Source of the DNA: Nonlabens ponticola
GTDB taxonomy: Bacteria; Bacteroidota; Bacteroidia; Flavobacteriales; Flavobacteriaceae
Direction: 5' to 3'
Assembly (NCBI RefSeq): GCF_003966335.1
Contig: NZ_CP034549.1
Location: 1,110,001 to 1,142,000, forward strand
Length of the DNA: 32,000 nt
Shown in pieces: positions 9,627 through 17,474 of the stretch. The notes under the pieces are model-generated. The model did not search any database and was not told where the DNA came from. It saw nothing but the letters and a program-made list of their open reading frames with translations. Both the position numbers and the translations under genes were made by a program. Numbering within the stretch: position 1 is the stretch's first letter; every line of letters starts with the position of its first letter.

Positions 9627-10031
9627 ATGAAAGAAGCGATTGTAGCTAGATCAAATGCCTATGCGCCATATTCAAAATTCACGGTAGGTTGCGCCATTAA
9701 ATTAGATGATGGTACTATAATTCACGGTAACAATCAAGAAAATGCTGCGTACCCATCAGGTTTGTGTGCAGAGCGTGTGGCAATATTTGCTGCAGGCGCT
9801 AACCATCCAGGTAAGGCGATTGTCAAAATGGCCATCACTGCAAGCGGCATCGACAACAAGTTTACTAAGCCAGTACCACCATGCGGCGCCTGTCGTCAAA
9901 GTATTGCAGAATATGAGATGCGCCAGCAACAACCACTAGAATGTTATTTCATGGGTGCTAGCGGCAACATCGCTCATGTAAACAGCCATAAAGAATTGCT
10001 ACCCTTAGCATTCGACAAAAAGTACCTATAA
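9627..10031 (+). CDS. cdd: Cytidine deaminase (minimal call from the first ATG; the true start may be further upstream, see findings)
   Basis: Contains AYAPYS, the CAERVAIF zinc/catalytic motif and PCGACRQ. The reading frame is open back to the porV stop at 9543-9545. Confidence 0.85.
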   Translation: MKEAIVARSNAYAPYSKFTVGCAIKLDDGTIIHGNNQENAAYPSGLCAERVAIFAAGANHPGKAIVKMAITASGIDNKFTKPVPPCGACRQSIAEYEMRQQQPLECYFMGASGNIAHVNSHKELLPLAFDKKYL

Positions 10032-10084
10032 CGTTTTCGCATTCTTTTCGTTTCGCATAGGTTTTTCTTTCCGTTTTTATAGGC

Positions 10085-10092
10085 TATTTTTG
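10085..10092 (+). promoter_or_regulatory. Candidate -7 box (TATTTTTG) upstream of pdhA
   Basis: Matches TAnnTTTG, but there is no clean TTTG at -33. It would give a leader of about 85 nt containing one palindrome copy. Confidence 0.3.
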
Positions 10093-10146
10093 TTAGTGCA
10101 TCACAGGATAATGATCGTTCATTGTTTGGGTGTTTATGATAGTTAC

Positions 10147-10160
10147 GCTTTCGCGAAAGC
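10147..10160. repeat. Iterated palindrome, copy 2 (intergenic, 24 nt upstream of the pdhA ATG)
   Basis: Read directly. The 5' flank is GTTAC. Confidence 0.95.
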
Positions 10161-10183
10161 ATAATAACAACAATCTTTTTTAC

Positions 10184-11182
10184 ATGAAAAAAGTCGATAA
10201 GGAAGTATTATTAAACTGGTATGAAGAGATGCTCTTCTGGAGAAAGTTTGAGGACAAGCTAGCCCAGGTTTACATACAGCAAAAGGTGCGTGGATTCCTG
10301 CACTTATACAATGGTCAAGAGGCAATTCTTGCAGGCGCGTTGCATGCGATGGACTTATCAAAAGACAAGATGATCACGGCTTACCGTAATCACGTACAGC
10401 CTATAGGTATGGGCGTTGATCCTAAGCGAGTCATGGCAGAGCTTTATGGTAAGGCTACTGGAACATCCCAAGGTCTAGGTGGTTCCATGCATATATTTTC
10501 TAAAGAACATAATTTCTACGGTGGTCATGGTATCGTTGGTGGACAAATTCCATTGGGTGCTGGTATAGCCTTTGGCGACAAGTATCACGATCGTGATGCG
10601 GTAACTTTAACCTTCTTTGGTGATGGTGCTGCGCGTCAAGGATCGTTACATGAAACATTCAACCTTGCCATGCTATGGAATTTACCGGTGGTATTCTGCG
10701 TAGAAAACAATGGTTACGCAATGGGAACAAGTGTTGCGCGTACCGCAAACCATACAGAGATCTGGAAGCTAGGTCTAGGTTATGAAATGCCTTGTGGACC
10801 TGTGGACGCCATGGATCCAGAAAAAGTTGCTGAGGCGATGCATGAAGCGATCGAAAGAGCAAGATCTGGTGGCGGTCCTACATTTCTTGAATTGAAGACG
10901 TACCGTTATAGAGGTCACTCCATGAGTGATGCTCAAAAGTACCGTACTAAAGATGAGGTTGCCGAATACCAAAAGATCGATCCAATCACTCAGGTAAAAG
11001 AGCGATTATTGGATCAAAACGGCGTGAAGGAAGCGGACATTAAAAAGATCGATAAAAGAGTTAAGGAACGCGTTGCAGAGTGTGAGAAATTTGCCGAAGA
11101 GTCACCGTTCCCAGATAAGAATGTGATGTACGATGCTGTTTATGAGCAGGACGATTATCCATTTTTACCAGCAAAATTATAA
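10184..11182 (+). CDS. pdhA: Pyruvate dehydrogenase E1 component, alpha subunit
   Basis: The start is taken at MKKVDKEVLLNWYEEML (ATG at 10184). The TPP-binding region is GDGAARQGSLHETFNLAMLWNLPVVFCVENNGYAMGT. The gene is followed by E2. No E1-beta gene is in the window. Confidence 0.9.
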   Translation: MKKVDKEVLLNWYEEMLFWRKFEDKLAQVYIQQKVRGFLHLYNGQEAILAGALHAMDLSKDKMITAYRNHVQPIGMGVDPKRVMAELYGKATGTSQGLGGSMHIFSKEHNFYGGHGIVGGQIPLGAGIAFGDKYHDRDAVTLTFFGDGAARQGSLHETFNLAMLWNLPVVFCVENNGYAMGTSVARTANHTEIWKLGLGYEMPCGPVDAMDPEKVAEAMHEAIERARSGGGPTFLELKTYRYRGHSMSDAQKYRTKDEVAEYQKIDPITQVKERLLDQNGVKEADIKKIDKRVKERVAECEKFAEESPFPDKNVMYDAVYEQDDYPFLPAKL

Positions 11183-11185
11183 GCA

Positions 11186-12940
11186 ATGGCAGAGATTATA
11201 AACATGCCGCGATTGAGCGACACGATGGAAGAAGGTGTTGTAGCATCATGGCTCAAGAAAGTAGGCGATAAGGTAGAAGAAGGTGATATCCTTGCGGAAA
11301 TTGAGACCGATAAAGCCACAATGGAGTTTGAGTCGTTCTATGAAGGAACGTTATTGCATATAGGTGTTCAAGAAGGTGAGACTGCTCCTGTAGATCAACT
11401 ACTTGCGATTATAGGTGAAGAAGGCGAAGATGTACAAGCTTTGCTAGACGGCAATGCTGGCGGCGATGACGATAAGAAAGAAGATAAAAAAGACGAGAAG
11501 TCAGACAACAAAGAATCTAATAGCAATGATTCTGAAGAGGATAATTCAGACGATTCAGAAGACTCAAGTTCAGATTCAGACTCAAGTTCCGCTGATCTTC
11601 CTGATGGTGTAGAAATCATTACCATGCCGCGATTGAGCGACACGATGGAAGAAGGTACGGTTGCTTCATGGCTCAAAAAAGAAGGAGATAAGGTTGAAGA
11701 AGGCGATATTCTTGCCGAAATTGAGACCGACAAGGCAACCATGGAGTTTGAATCATTCCACGAGGGTACATTGTTAAAAATCGGTATTCAAGAAGGTGAG
11801 ACTGCTGCGGTAGATAGTTTACTAGCCGTCATAGGCCCGGAAGGAACAGATGTTTCCAGTATCGATATGAAATCATCAGGTTCATCATCTAACAGTAAAA
11901 AGTCTGAGAAGAAAACTGACTCTGAAGCTGAGGACAAAAAATCGGACGATAAAAAAGAAGAAGAAAAAAAGAGTTCTTCAAGTACAAAAGCAACGGCAGA
12001 TTCTAAACCAGCATCTACACCAGCATATGGTGATGTGCAATCGCAAAGTCATCCAGATGCATCTGGTGCTGGCAGTGATGGTGAACGCATTTTTGCATCA
12101 CCGCTTGCCAAGAAAATGGCAAAGGATAAAGGTATAAACCTATCCAATGTAAAAGGTTCTGGTGAAAACGGTCGTATTACCAAAAAAGACATTGTAAACT
12201 TCAAGCCTGGTAGCGCACCAGCAGCTGGTCAAGCACAAGCATTTGAAGCCGTAGGCACTGAGACTTGGGAAGAAGTTCCTAACTCACAAATGCGTAAGAC
12301 GATTGCAAAGCGCCTAGGTGAATCAAAATTCAAAGCACCGCATTACTATCTAGGTCTAGATTTAGATATGGACAATGCTATTGCAAGCCGCAAGGCCATC
12401 AATGAATTACCTGATACTAAGATCAGTTTTAACGACATGGTGATCAAGGCAGCAGCCATGGCACTGCGCAAACACCCTAAGGTCAATACATCATGGACTG
12501 ATAAAGCTATTAGGATGGCAAAGCACATCCATATAGGTGTTGCCGTGGCGGTTGAAGATGGTTTGCTGGTTCCAGTATTACCGTTTGCAGATCAAATGAG
12601 CATGCAACAAATAGGTGGTAAGGTCAAGGAACTCGCTGGTAAGGCACGTTCTAAAAAGCTGCAACCTAAAGAAATGGAAGGCAGCACGTTTACTATTTCT
12701 AACCTGGGAATGTTTGGTATTACAGAGTTCACCTCTATTATCAATCAGCCTAACAGTGCGATAATGTCAGTAGGTGCCATTGTACAAAAGCCAGTTGTCA
12801 AGGATGGACAGATCGTTATAGGTAATGTGATGAAGATTACACTTGCCTGCGATCACCGTACCGTTGATGGTGCAACCGGTGCCGCATTCCTGCAAACGTT
12901 CAAAGCCTATATCGAGAATCCTATCGTGATGTACGTATAG
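11186..12940 (+). CDS. pdhC: Dihydrolipoamide acetyltransferase (E2) of the pyruvate dehydrogenase complex, with two lipoyl domains
   Basis: Two copies of MPRLSDTMEEG...AEIETDKATMEFES (lipoyl-lysine motif), a peripheral subunit-binding domain (ASPLAKKMAKDKGINLSNVKGSG) and a catalytic domain ending in DHRTVDGA. Confidence 0.9.
   Translation: MAEIINMPRLSDTMEEGVVASWLKKVGDKVEEGDILAEIETDKATMEFESFYEGTLLHIGVQEGETAPVDQLLAIIGEEGEDVQALLDGNAGGDDDKKEDKKDEKSDNKESNSNDSEEDNSDDSEDSSSDSDSSSADLPDGVEIITMPRLSDTMEEGTVASWLKKEGDKVEEGDILAEIETDKATMEFESFHEGTLLKIGIQEGETAAVDSLLAVIGPEGTDVSSIDMKSSGSSSNSKKSEKKTDSEAEDKKSDDKKEEEKKSSSSTKATADSKPASTPAYGDVQSQSHPDASGAGSDGERIFASPLAKKMAKDKGINLSNVKGSGENGRITKKDIVNFKPGSAPAAGQAQAFEAVGTETWEEVPNSQMRKTIAKRLGESKFKAPHYYLGLDLDMDNAIASRKAINELPDTKISFNDMVIKAAAMALRKHPKVNTSWTDKAIRMAKHIHIGVAVAVEDGLLVPVLPFADQMSMQQIGGKVKELAGKARSKKLQPKEMEGSTFTISNLGMFGITEFTSIINQPNSAIMSVGAIVQKPVVKDGQIVIGNVMKITLACDHRTVDGATGAAFLQTFKAYIENPIVMYV
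11195..11433 (+). repeat. Lipoyl-domain repeat unit 1
   Basis: Tandem in-frame duplicate of 11615-11853, offset exactly 420 nt. It includes a 33-nt identical run (11204-11236 = 11624-11656). Confidence 0.85.
11615..11853 (+). repeat. Lipoyl-domain repeat unit 2
   Basis: See unit 1. Nucleotide similarity is high by eye across the whole domain. Confidence 0.85.
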
Positions 12941-12958
12941 AATTTTATTTACAACAGT

Positions 12959-12984
12959 AAGCCGATCTTTGGATCGGCTTTTTG
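12959..12984 (+). terminator. Rho-independent terminator after E2
   Basis: GCCGATC-TTTG-GATCGGC stem-loop followed by TTTTT, 19 nt after the stop codon. Confidence 0.75.
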
Positions 12985-13041
12985 CTTTATAACGGTTAGT
13001 GCCGTTTGCTTTTATTATTTTTAGAAAAATCAATTTTAGTT

Positions 13042-14037
13042 ATGAAAAATCTCTCAGTTTTAATCGTTGCGTTGATTCTAGCATCTTGTGGTACGTCCAG
13101 GCGCTTGGAAAAAATGGATTTGGCTACTGCCAAGATCAAGGAGCGTAAGGTCTATTTACCTACTGCAAACCCTACTCAAATTGCCATTGACGTTCAATAT
13201 TTATCTAGTGATGAGCTCAATGGTCGTGAGACTGGCACAAAAGGCATTGAGATGGCCGCAGACTATCTTAAGGAAAGACTTCAAACAATAGGTATTGAAC
13301 CATACGGTTCAGGCTATTTTGATGCATTCAGCTCTGGTGATCTCAAAGGTTACAATGTGGTTGGGATGTTACCAGGTAGCGATCGTGAATTGATGAAAGA
13401 AACCATCGTGATAGGTGCACACTATGATCACATAGGTATCATCAGTGCTGTTGATGGCGATAGTATTGCAAATGGCGCTAATGACAATGCAACGGGAACC
13501 GCAACGGTGTTGGCCATCGCAGATGCTTTCAAAAAACTGGACTTCAATCGTAGAAAAGTAGTATTTGCATTATTCTCTGCCGAAGAAAAAGGACTCATAG
13601 GCTCAAGAAAGCTTGCTGAAAAAATGAAAGCCAATGGTGAGAATGTCGTTGCCATGATCAATTTTGAAATGACGGGAACGCCTATGGTTGATAAAGAATA
13701 CATCACTTACCTAACAGGATACGATACTTCTAATATGGGTGAGATTTTTAATCGTGAGTATGAGAAATTCAAAGTGACTGAAAAACTGGAAGCTGCTGCT
13801 AAAATGAATCTCTTCCGCAGGTCCGATAACTATAGTTTTTACGAGGTGTTCAAGATACCAGCGCAGACTTTCTGCACCTTTGACTTTACCAACTTTGATC
13901 ATTATCATCAGGTAGGAGACGATATATCACAGGTTAGTGCTAGGCACATGGCAGACGTTGTCAATGCTGTTATGCCAGGTCTTTTTGAGATTATCAATGA
14001 TGAGGTACCCGTTTTGACAGCTGCTATCGATGAGTAA
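13042..14037 (+). CDS. M28 family metallopeptidase (lipoprotein)
   Basis: The start is taken at MKNLSVLIVALILASCGTS (lipobox). Also present are GAHYDHIG, NDNATGTA and FSAEEKGLIGS metal-ligand motifs typical of M28 aminopeptidases. Confidence 0.8.
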   Translation: MKNLSVLIVALILASCGTSRRLEKMDLATAKIKERKVYLPTANPTQIAIDVQYLSSDELNGRETGTKGIEMAADYLKERLQTIGIEPYGSGYFDAFSSGDLKGYNVVGMLPGSDRELMKETIVIGAHYDHIGIISAVDGDSIANGANDNATGTATVLAIADAFKKLDFNRRKVVFALFSAEEKGLIGSRKLAEKMKANGENVVAMINFEMTGTPMVDKEYITYLTGYDTSNMGEIFNREYEKFKVTEKLEAAAKMNLFRRSDNYSFYEVFKIPAQTFCTFDFTNFDHYHQVGDDISQVSARHMADVVNAVMPGLFEIINDEVPVLTAAIDE

Positions 14038-14713
14038 AAACGTCGTTATCACAGGAACCAGTCGCGGCATTGGTTTTGAATTAGCTCAGCTATTTGCTAG
14101 CGGTGGTTATAAAGTGTTTGCGCTTTCGCGAAAGCAAAATAGCATCCAGCAACTGGACAACTCAAACATCACAGCCATTTCATGCGACCTCGCAGATGAG
14201 AGTAGCATCATTGAGTCTGTAGAGCAAATTGAAAAAACCGTTGATCAAGTCGATATTCTGATTCATAACGCAGGAATGCTAGTCAATAAACCCTTTGCAG
14301 AACTAAGCAAATCTGACTTTGTGAATTGTTATGAGGTCAACGTTTTTGGAGTAGCGCTGTTAACACAGAAGCTACTGACATTATTGCACGACGCATCGCA
14401 TGTAGTAGCCATAAGCTCTATGGGTGGTATCCAAGGTAGTGCCAAGTTCCCGGGTCTTGCAGCCTACAGCAGCGCAAAAGGTGCGGTCATAACGCTTTTT
14501 GAACTATTGGCAGAAGAATATAAAGAATCCGGTCCATCATTCAATACACTAGCTCTAGGAGCCGTACAAACCGAAATGCTTGCCGAGGCTTTCCCTGGAT
14601 ATGAAGCACCACTGCAACCTAAAGAAATGGCTCAATATATCATGGATTTTGCGCTTACTGGTACTAAGTTTTATAATGGTAAAACACTTGAGGTGAGTAG
14701 TAGTACGCCTTAA
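14030..14713 (+). CDS. SDR family oxidoreductase
   Basis: TGTSRGIG cofactor motif, NAG and the YSSAK catalytic motif. The start overlaps the M28 stop by 8 nt (ATGAGTAA). Confidence 0.85.
   Translation: MSKNVVITGTSRGIGFELAQLFASGGYKVFALSRKQNSIQQLDNSNITAISCDLADESSIIESVEQIEKTVDQVDILIHNAGMLVNKPFAELSKSDFVNCYEVNVFGVALLTQKLLTLLHDASHVVAISSMGGIQGSAKFPGLAAYSSAKGAVITLFELLAEEYKESGPSFNTLALGAVQTEMLAEAFPGYEAPLQPKEMAQYIMDFALTGTKFYNGKTLEVSSSTP
14122..14135. repeat. Iterated palindrome, copy 3 (inside the SDR gene)
   Basis: Read directly. It is read as F-A-L-S-R-K-Q. Confidence 0.95.
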
Positions 14714-14890
14714 GAATATCGAATATTGAATAACGATCAACGATTTTTGATTGGAGATTTTTGATATTTGAATTAATGCGATAGACGTCTTAATCAATCC
14801 TTTCCATTGCCAGCAGAATTCTCTTCCTGAATTCAAATTTTGAACCTAATTCTTCCATAATAATTAGCTGTCACCAATCTTCAAACTACA

Positions 14891-14918
14891 ATAACCGATA
14901 ACCGATAACCGACAACCA
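14891..14918. repeat. Heptamer tandem repeat: (ATAACCG)x3 plus one degenerate unit (ACAACCA)
   Basis: Read directly at 14891-14897, 14898-14904, 14905-14911 and 14912-14918. It abuts the purK stop codon. Confidence 0.7.
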
Positions 14919-16058
14919 CTAACTACTCACCACTTTAATTTTCCCTTTCACAATCTCAGCAAGTTTGCGGGCTTTTTCAATATCGTCTGCGACAATCGTG
15001 ACATGTCCCATTTTTCTAAAGGGCCTGGTTTCTTTTTTACCGTAAATATGTGGTGTGACGCCATCCATGGCAAGGATCTCGTTGATGCCGTCGTAAACGA
15101 CGTTGCCTGTATGACCTTCGGCACCTACTAGGTTGACCATGACTGCCGGCAGGACCGTATCTGTAGAACCTAAAGGAAGGTCCAGTACACAGCGCACATG
15201 TTGCTCAAACTGATCAGTCACAGCTCCTTCAATACTGTAATGACCAGAATTGTGCGGTCGTGGTGCGACCTCATTGACTAGTAATTGGTTGTTTTGAGTC
15301 AAGAACATTTCTACCGCTAATAATCCTACATGATTGTAGGCATGTGAAACCTGTAAGGCAAGTTCGCGTGCTTGTTTTGCGATGTTATCATCTATTCTCG
15401 CTGGACATAATACATATTCAACTTGGTTAGCTTCTGGGTGAAATTCCATCTCTACTACTGGATAGGTGGTCATGTCACCACTAGCATTGCGTGCAACGAT
15501 GACAGCAAGCTCTAGTTTGAAGTCGATCATGTCTTCATAGATACATTCCTGATCAGGCAGGTCATTTAAATCATCTTTAGAACGTATGACTTTGACGCCT
15601 TTGCCGTCATAGCCGCCTTCGGCACTTTTCCAGATGTATGGAAAGCTGCGATCCGTAACCTTTGGCGTTTCTAGGACTTCAAAAGGTGCGGTAGGAATAT
15701 TGTACTCTTGATAAAAGGTCTTTTGGGTAGCCTTGTTGCGTATCAGGTTCAGGACCTTGGAACTAGGTGAAACGGCAACGCCTTCTTTTTCCAACTGCTC
15801 TAGCGCATCAACATTGACGTTCTCAATCTCGATGGTAAGCACATCAACTTGCCGGCCGAATTCCAGCACGGCCTCGTAGTCCATGATGTCTCCTTCAAAA
15901 AAAACGGTGCTGCCCTCAAAAGCTGGCGCCGTATCGTGTTTGTCCATGACATAGGTCTGGATATCCCATTTGCGCGTTGTGTACAGCATCATCTTGCCCA
16001 ATTGACCACCGCCTAGAATACCCAACCTGAAATCTGAAGAAAAAAGTGTTTGTCCCAT
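14919..16058 (-). CDS. purK: 5-(carboxyamino)imidazole ribonucleotide synthase (N5-CAIR synthase)
   Basis: 379-aa ORF with the N-terminal GILGGGQLGKMM motif, an ATP-grasp core and typical PurK length. Confidence 0.9.
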   Translation of the reverse strand: MGQTLFSSDFRLGILGGGQLGKMMLYTTRKWDIQTYVMDKHDTAPAFEGSTVFFEGDIMDYEAVLEFGRQVDVLTIEIENVNVDALEQLEKEGVAVSPSSKVLNLIRNKATQKTFYQEYNIPTAPFEVLETPKVTDRSFPYIWKSAEGGYDGKGVKVIRSKDDLNDLPDQECIYEDMIDFKLELAVIVARNASGDMTTYPVVEMEFHPEANQVEYVLCPARIDDNIAKQARELALQVSHAYNHVGLLAVEMFLTQNNQLLVNEVAPRPHNSGHYSIEGAVTDQFEQHVRCVLDLPLGSTDTVLPAVMVNLVGAEGHTGNVVYDGINEILAMDGVTPHIYGKKETRPFRKMGHVTIVADDIEKARKLAEIVKGKIKVVSS

Positions 16059-16287
16059 TTTCCAAAAATAACTTTTATCATTCTTAATCTTAAAATTTAA
16101 GACGCGTTAGTGATTGTAGTGAAAATCCTTTTTAATGCGAGCGCAATAAGCGATCGTATCAAAAAGATTGTAGCGCAAAGTACGGCCGCAGGCAACGCCC
16201 AAATGATCACCGATCCATTCTTCAAAGCAATCGCAAATGGCTAATTTATTATACAAACGAACTCTAAAATGACTTTTTCTTAATCCT

Positions 16288-16295
16288 TATCTTTG
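16288..16295 (+). promoter_or_regulatory. Candidate -7 box (TATCTTTG) for hpt-adk
   Basis: Matches TAnnTTTG, 16 nt upstream of the TTG start at 16312. The -33 element is not obvious. Confidence 0.4.
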
Positions 16296-16311
16296 CTCAA
16301 AATTCCCTGCG

Positions 16312-17415
16312 TTGATCAAGATTCACGACCTGTATTTCAAACCATTTTTATCGGCTCACGAGATACAGCAGGCTGTGGAAAACCTCGCCTATCAAATCAA
16401 CCGAGATCTCAAGGACTCACGTCCCATTTTTATAGGTGTGCTCAACGGTAGCTACATGGTGCTGGCAGATTTGACACGCAAATTCCAGGGTGACTGCGAG
16501 GTCGCGTTCTTGCGAACGAGTAGTTATGAGGGCACGCAATCTACAGGAACCATCAAACTGGATATCGAGTTGGATGTTGACCTAAAGGATAGAACGGTGA
16601 TCGTGGTAGAGGATATTGTGGATACGGGTTTGACGGTTGATATGCTTTCGCGAAAGCTGAATTCCCACCAGCCTGCAGCACTACACATTGCGACCCTATT
16701 TCTCAAACCAGATGTGTACAAGCGAGACTTTAAAATCGATTATGTAGGACAGAATATCGAGAACAAATTTGTCGTGGGATACGGCATGGATTATAATAAC
16801 TTAGGGCGCAACCTGCCCGAACTTTATGTACAAACTTCACGCATGAAAAACATTGTATTATTTGGCCCACCAGGTGCTGGAAAGGGAACACAAGCAGAAC
16901 GTCTCAAGGATAAATACGGGCTGGTGCATATTTCTACCGGCGACGTTTTTAGATACAACATCAAGAACGAGACTGAGCTGGGAACGCTAGCAAAATCATA
17001 CATGGATAAGGGTAATCTTGTACCAGATGAGGTGACTATCAAGATGCTCAAGGCTGAAGTTGAGAAAAATCCAGAAGCTAATGGTTTTATTTTTGACGGT
17101 TTCCCACGTACTGATGCTCAAGCAAAGGCACTTGATGAATTACTACAATCGCTGGATACCGAAGTGAGCGGCATGGTCGCTCTAGAAGTTCAGGATGATG
17201 TACTGGTAGATCGTTTGCTAGAACGCGGCAAGAGTAGCGGTCGTCTTGATGATGCTAATGAAAAGGTGATTCAGGATCGTATTGCAGTCTATTACAAGCA
17301 AACGGCACCACTTAAAGAGTTCTATCAAAACCAGCGTAAATACTATGGTGTCGATGGCGTAGGTAGCGTCGATGAGATCACTGATCGATTGAGTGTGGAG
17401 TTTGATAAGCTGTAA
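16312..17415 (+). CDS. hpt-adk: Single ORF fusing hypoxanthine phosphoribosyltransferase (aa 1-177) to adenylate kinase (aa 178-367)
   Basis: The N-terminal part has the PRPP-binding VIVVEDIVDTGLT motif and ends in VGYGMDYNNLGRNLPELY. There is no stop codon before MKNIVLFGPPGAGKGTQ (ATG at 16843, in frame, offset 531 nt), which opens a complete short-lid Adk. The start codon is TTG. Confidence 0.85.
   Translation: MIKIHDLYFKPFLSAHEIQQAVENLAYQINRDLKDSRPIFIGVLNGSYMVLADLTRKFQGDCEVAFLRTSSYEGTQSTGTIKLDIELDVDLKDRTVIVVEDIVDTGLTVDMLSRKLNSHQPAALHIATLFLKPDVYKRDFKIDYVGQNIENKFVVGYGMDYNNLGRNLPELYVQTSRMKNIVLFGPPGAGKGTQAERLKDKYGLVHISTGDVFRYNIKNETELGTLAKSYMDKGNLVPDEVTIKMLKAEVEKNPEANGFIFDGFPRTDAQAKALDELLQSLDTEVSGMVALEVQDDVLVDRLLERGKSSGRLDDANEKVIQDRIAVYYKQTAPLKEFYQNQRKYYGVDGVGSVDEITDRLSVEFDKL
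16644..16657. repeat. Iterated palindrome, copy 4 (inside the hpt part of hpt-adk)
   Basis: Read directly. It is read as D-M-L-S-R-K-L. Confidence 0.95.
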
Positions 17416-17474
17416 GAATTCAATTACCTTAATCAGATTAAAACCTCTAAAAAGGACTAATTGAATTTAAGCAT

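Noticed and set aside
9742-9939. 65-aa alternative-frame ORF inside cdd
   Set aside because: It overlaps the cytidine deaminase catalytic region in another frame and has no supporting features.
10130-10183. N-terminal extension of pdhA (MFMIVTLSRKHNNNNLFY) suggested by the ORF track
   Set aside because: The extension is made of the intergenic palindrome copy and AT-rich sequence. MKKVDKEVLLNWYEEML at 10184 matches the normal E1-alpha N-terminus and length (332 aa).
11395-11742. 115-aa Ser/Leu-rich ORF antisense to the E2 gene
   Set aside because: It is the mirror image of the low-complexity D/E/S/K linker of E2. It has no independent signals and lies entirely within a well-supported gene.
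13006-13041. TTG-initiated extension of the M28 peptidase, and similar upstream alternative starts at 4460 (porU), 23919 (permease) and 26401 (DUF2851)
   Set aside because: Downstream starts give proper signal peptides or family-typical N-termini. The extensions overlap terminators or neighbouring genes.
14891-14918. Tandem repeats as a possible CRISPR array or minisatellite
   Set aside because: The units are 7 nt with no spacers, so this is not CRISPR-like. No cas genes are in the window.
16063-16070. Exact TAnnTTTG box (TATTTTTG on the minus strand) in front of purK
   Set aside because: It ends only 4 nt before the purK ATG (16058), so it would imply a leaderless or internally started transcript. 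It is more likely coincidental in AT-rich sequence.
16059-16311. Possible purine riboswitch between purK and hpt
   Set aside because: I could not find the conserved purine-riboswitch junction and loop sequences or a three-way-junction fold by eye. The region is kept only as an unexplained structured island in the findings.
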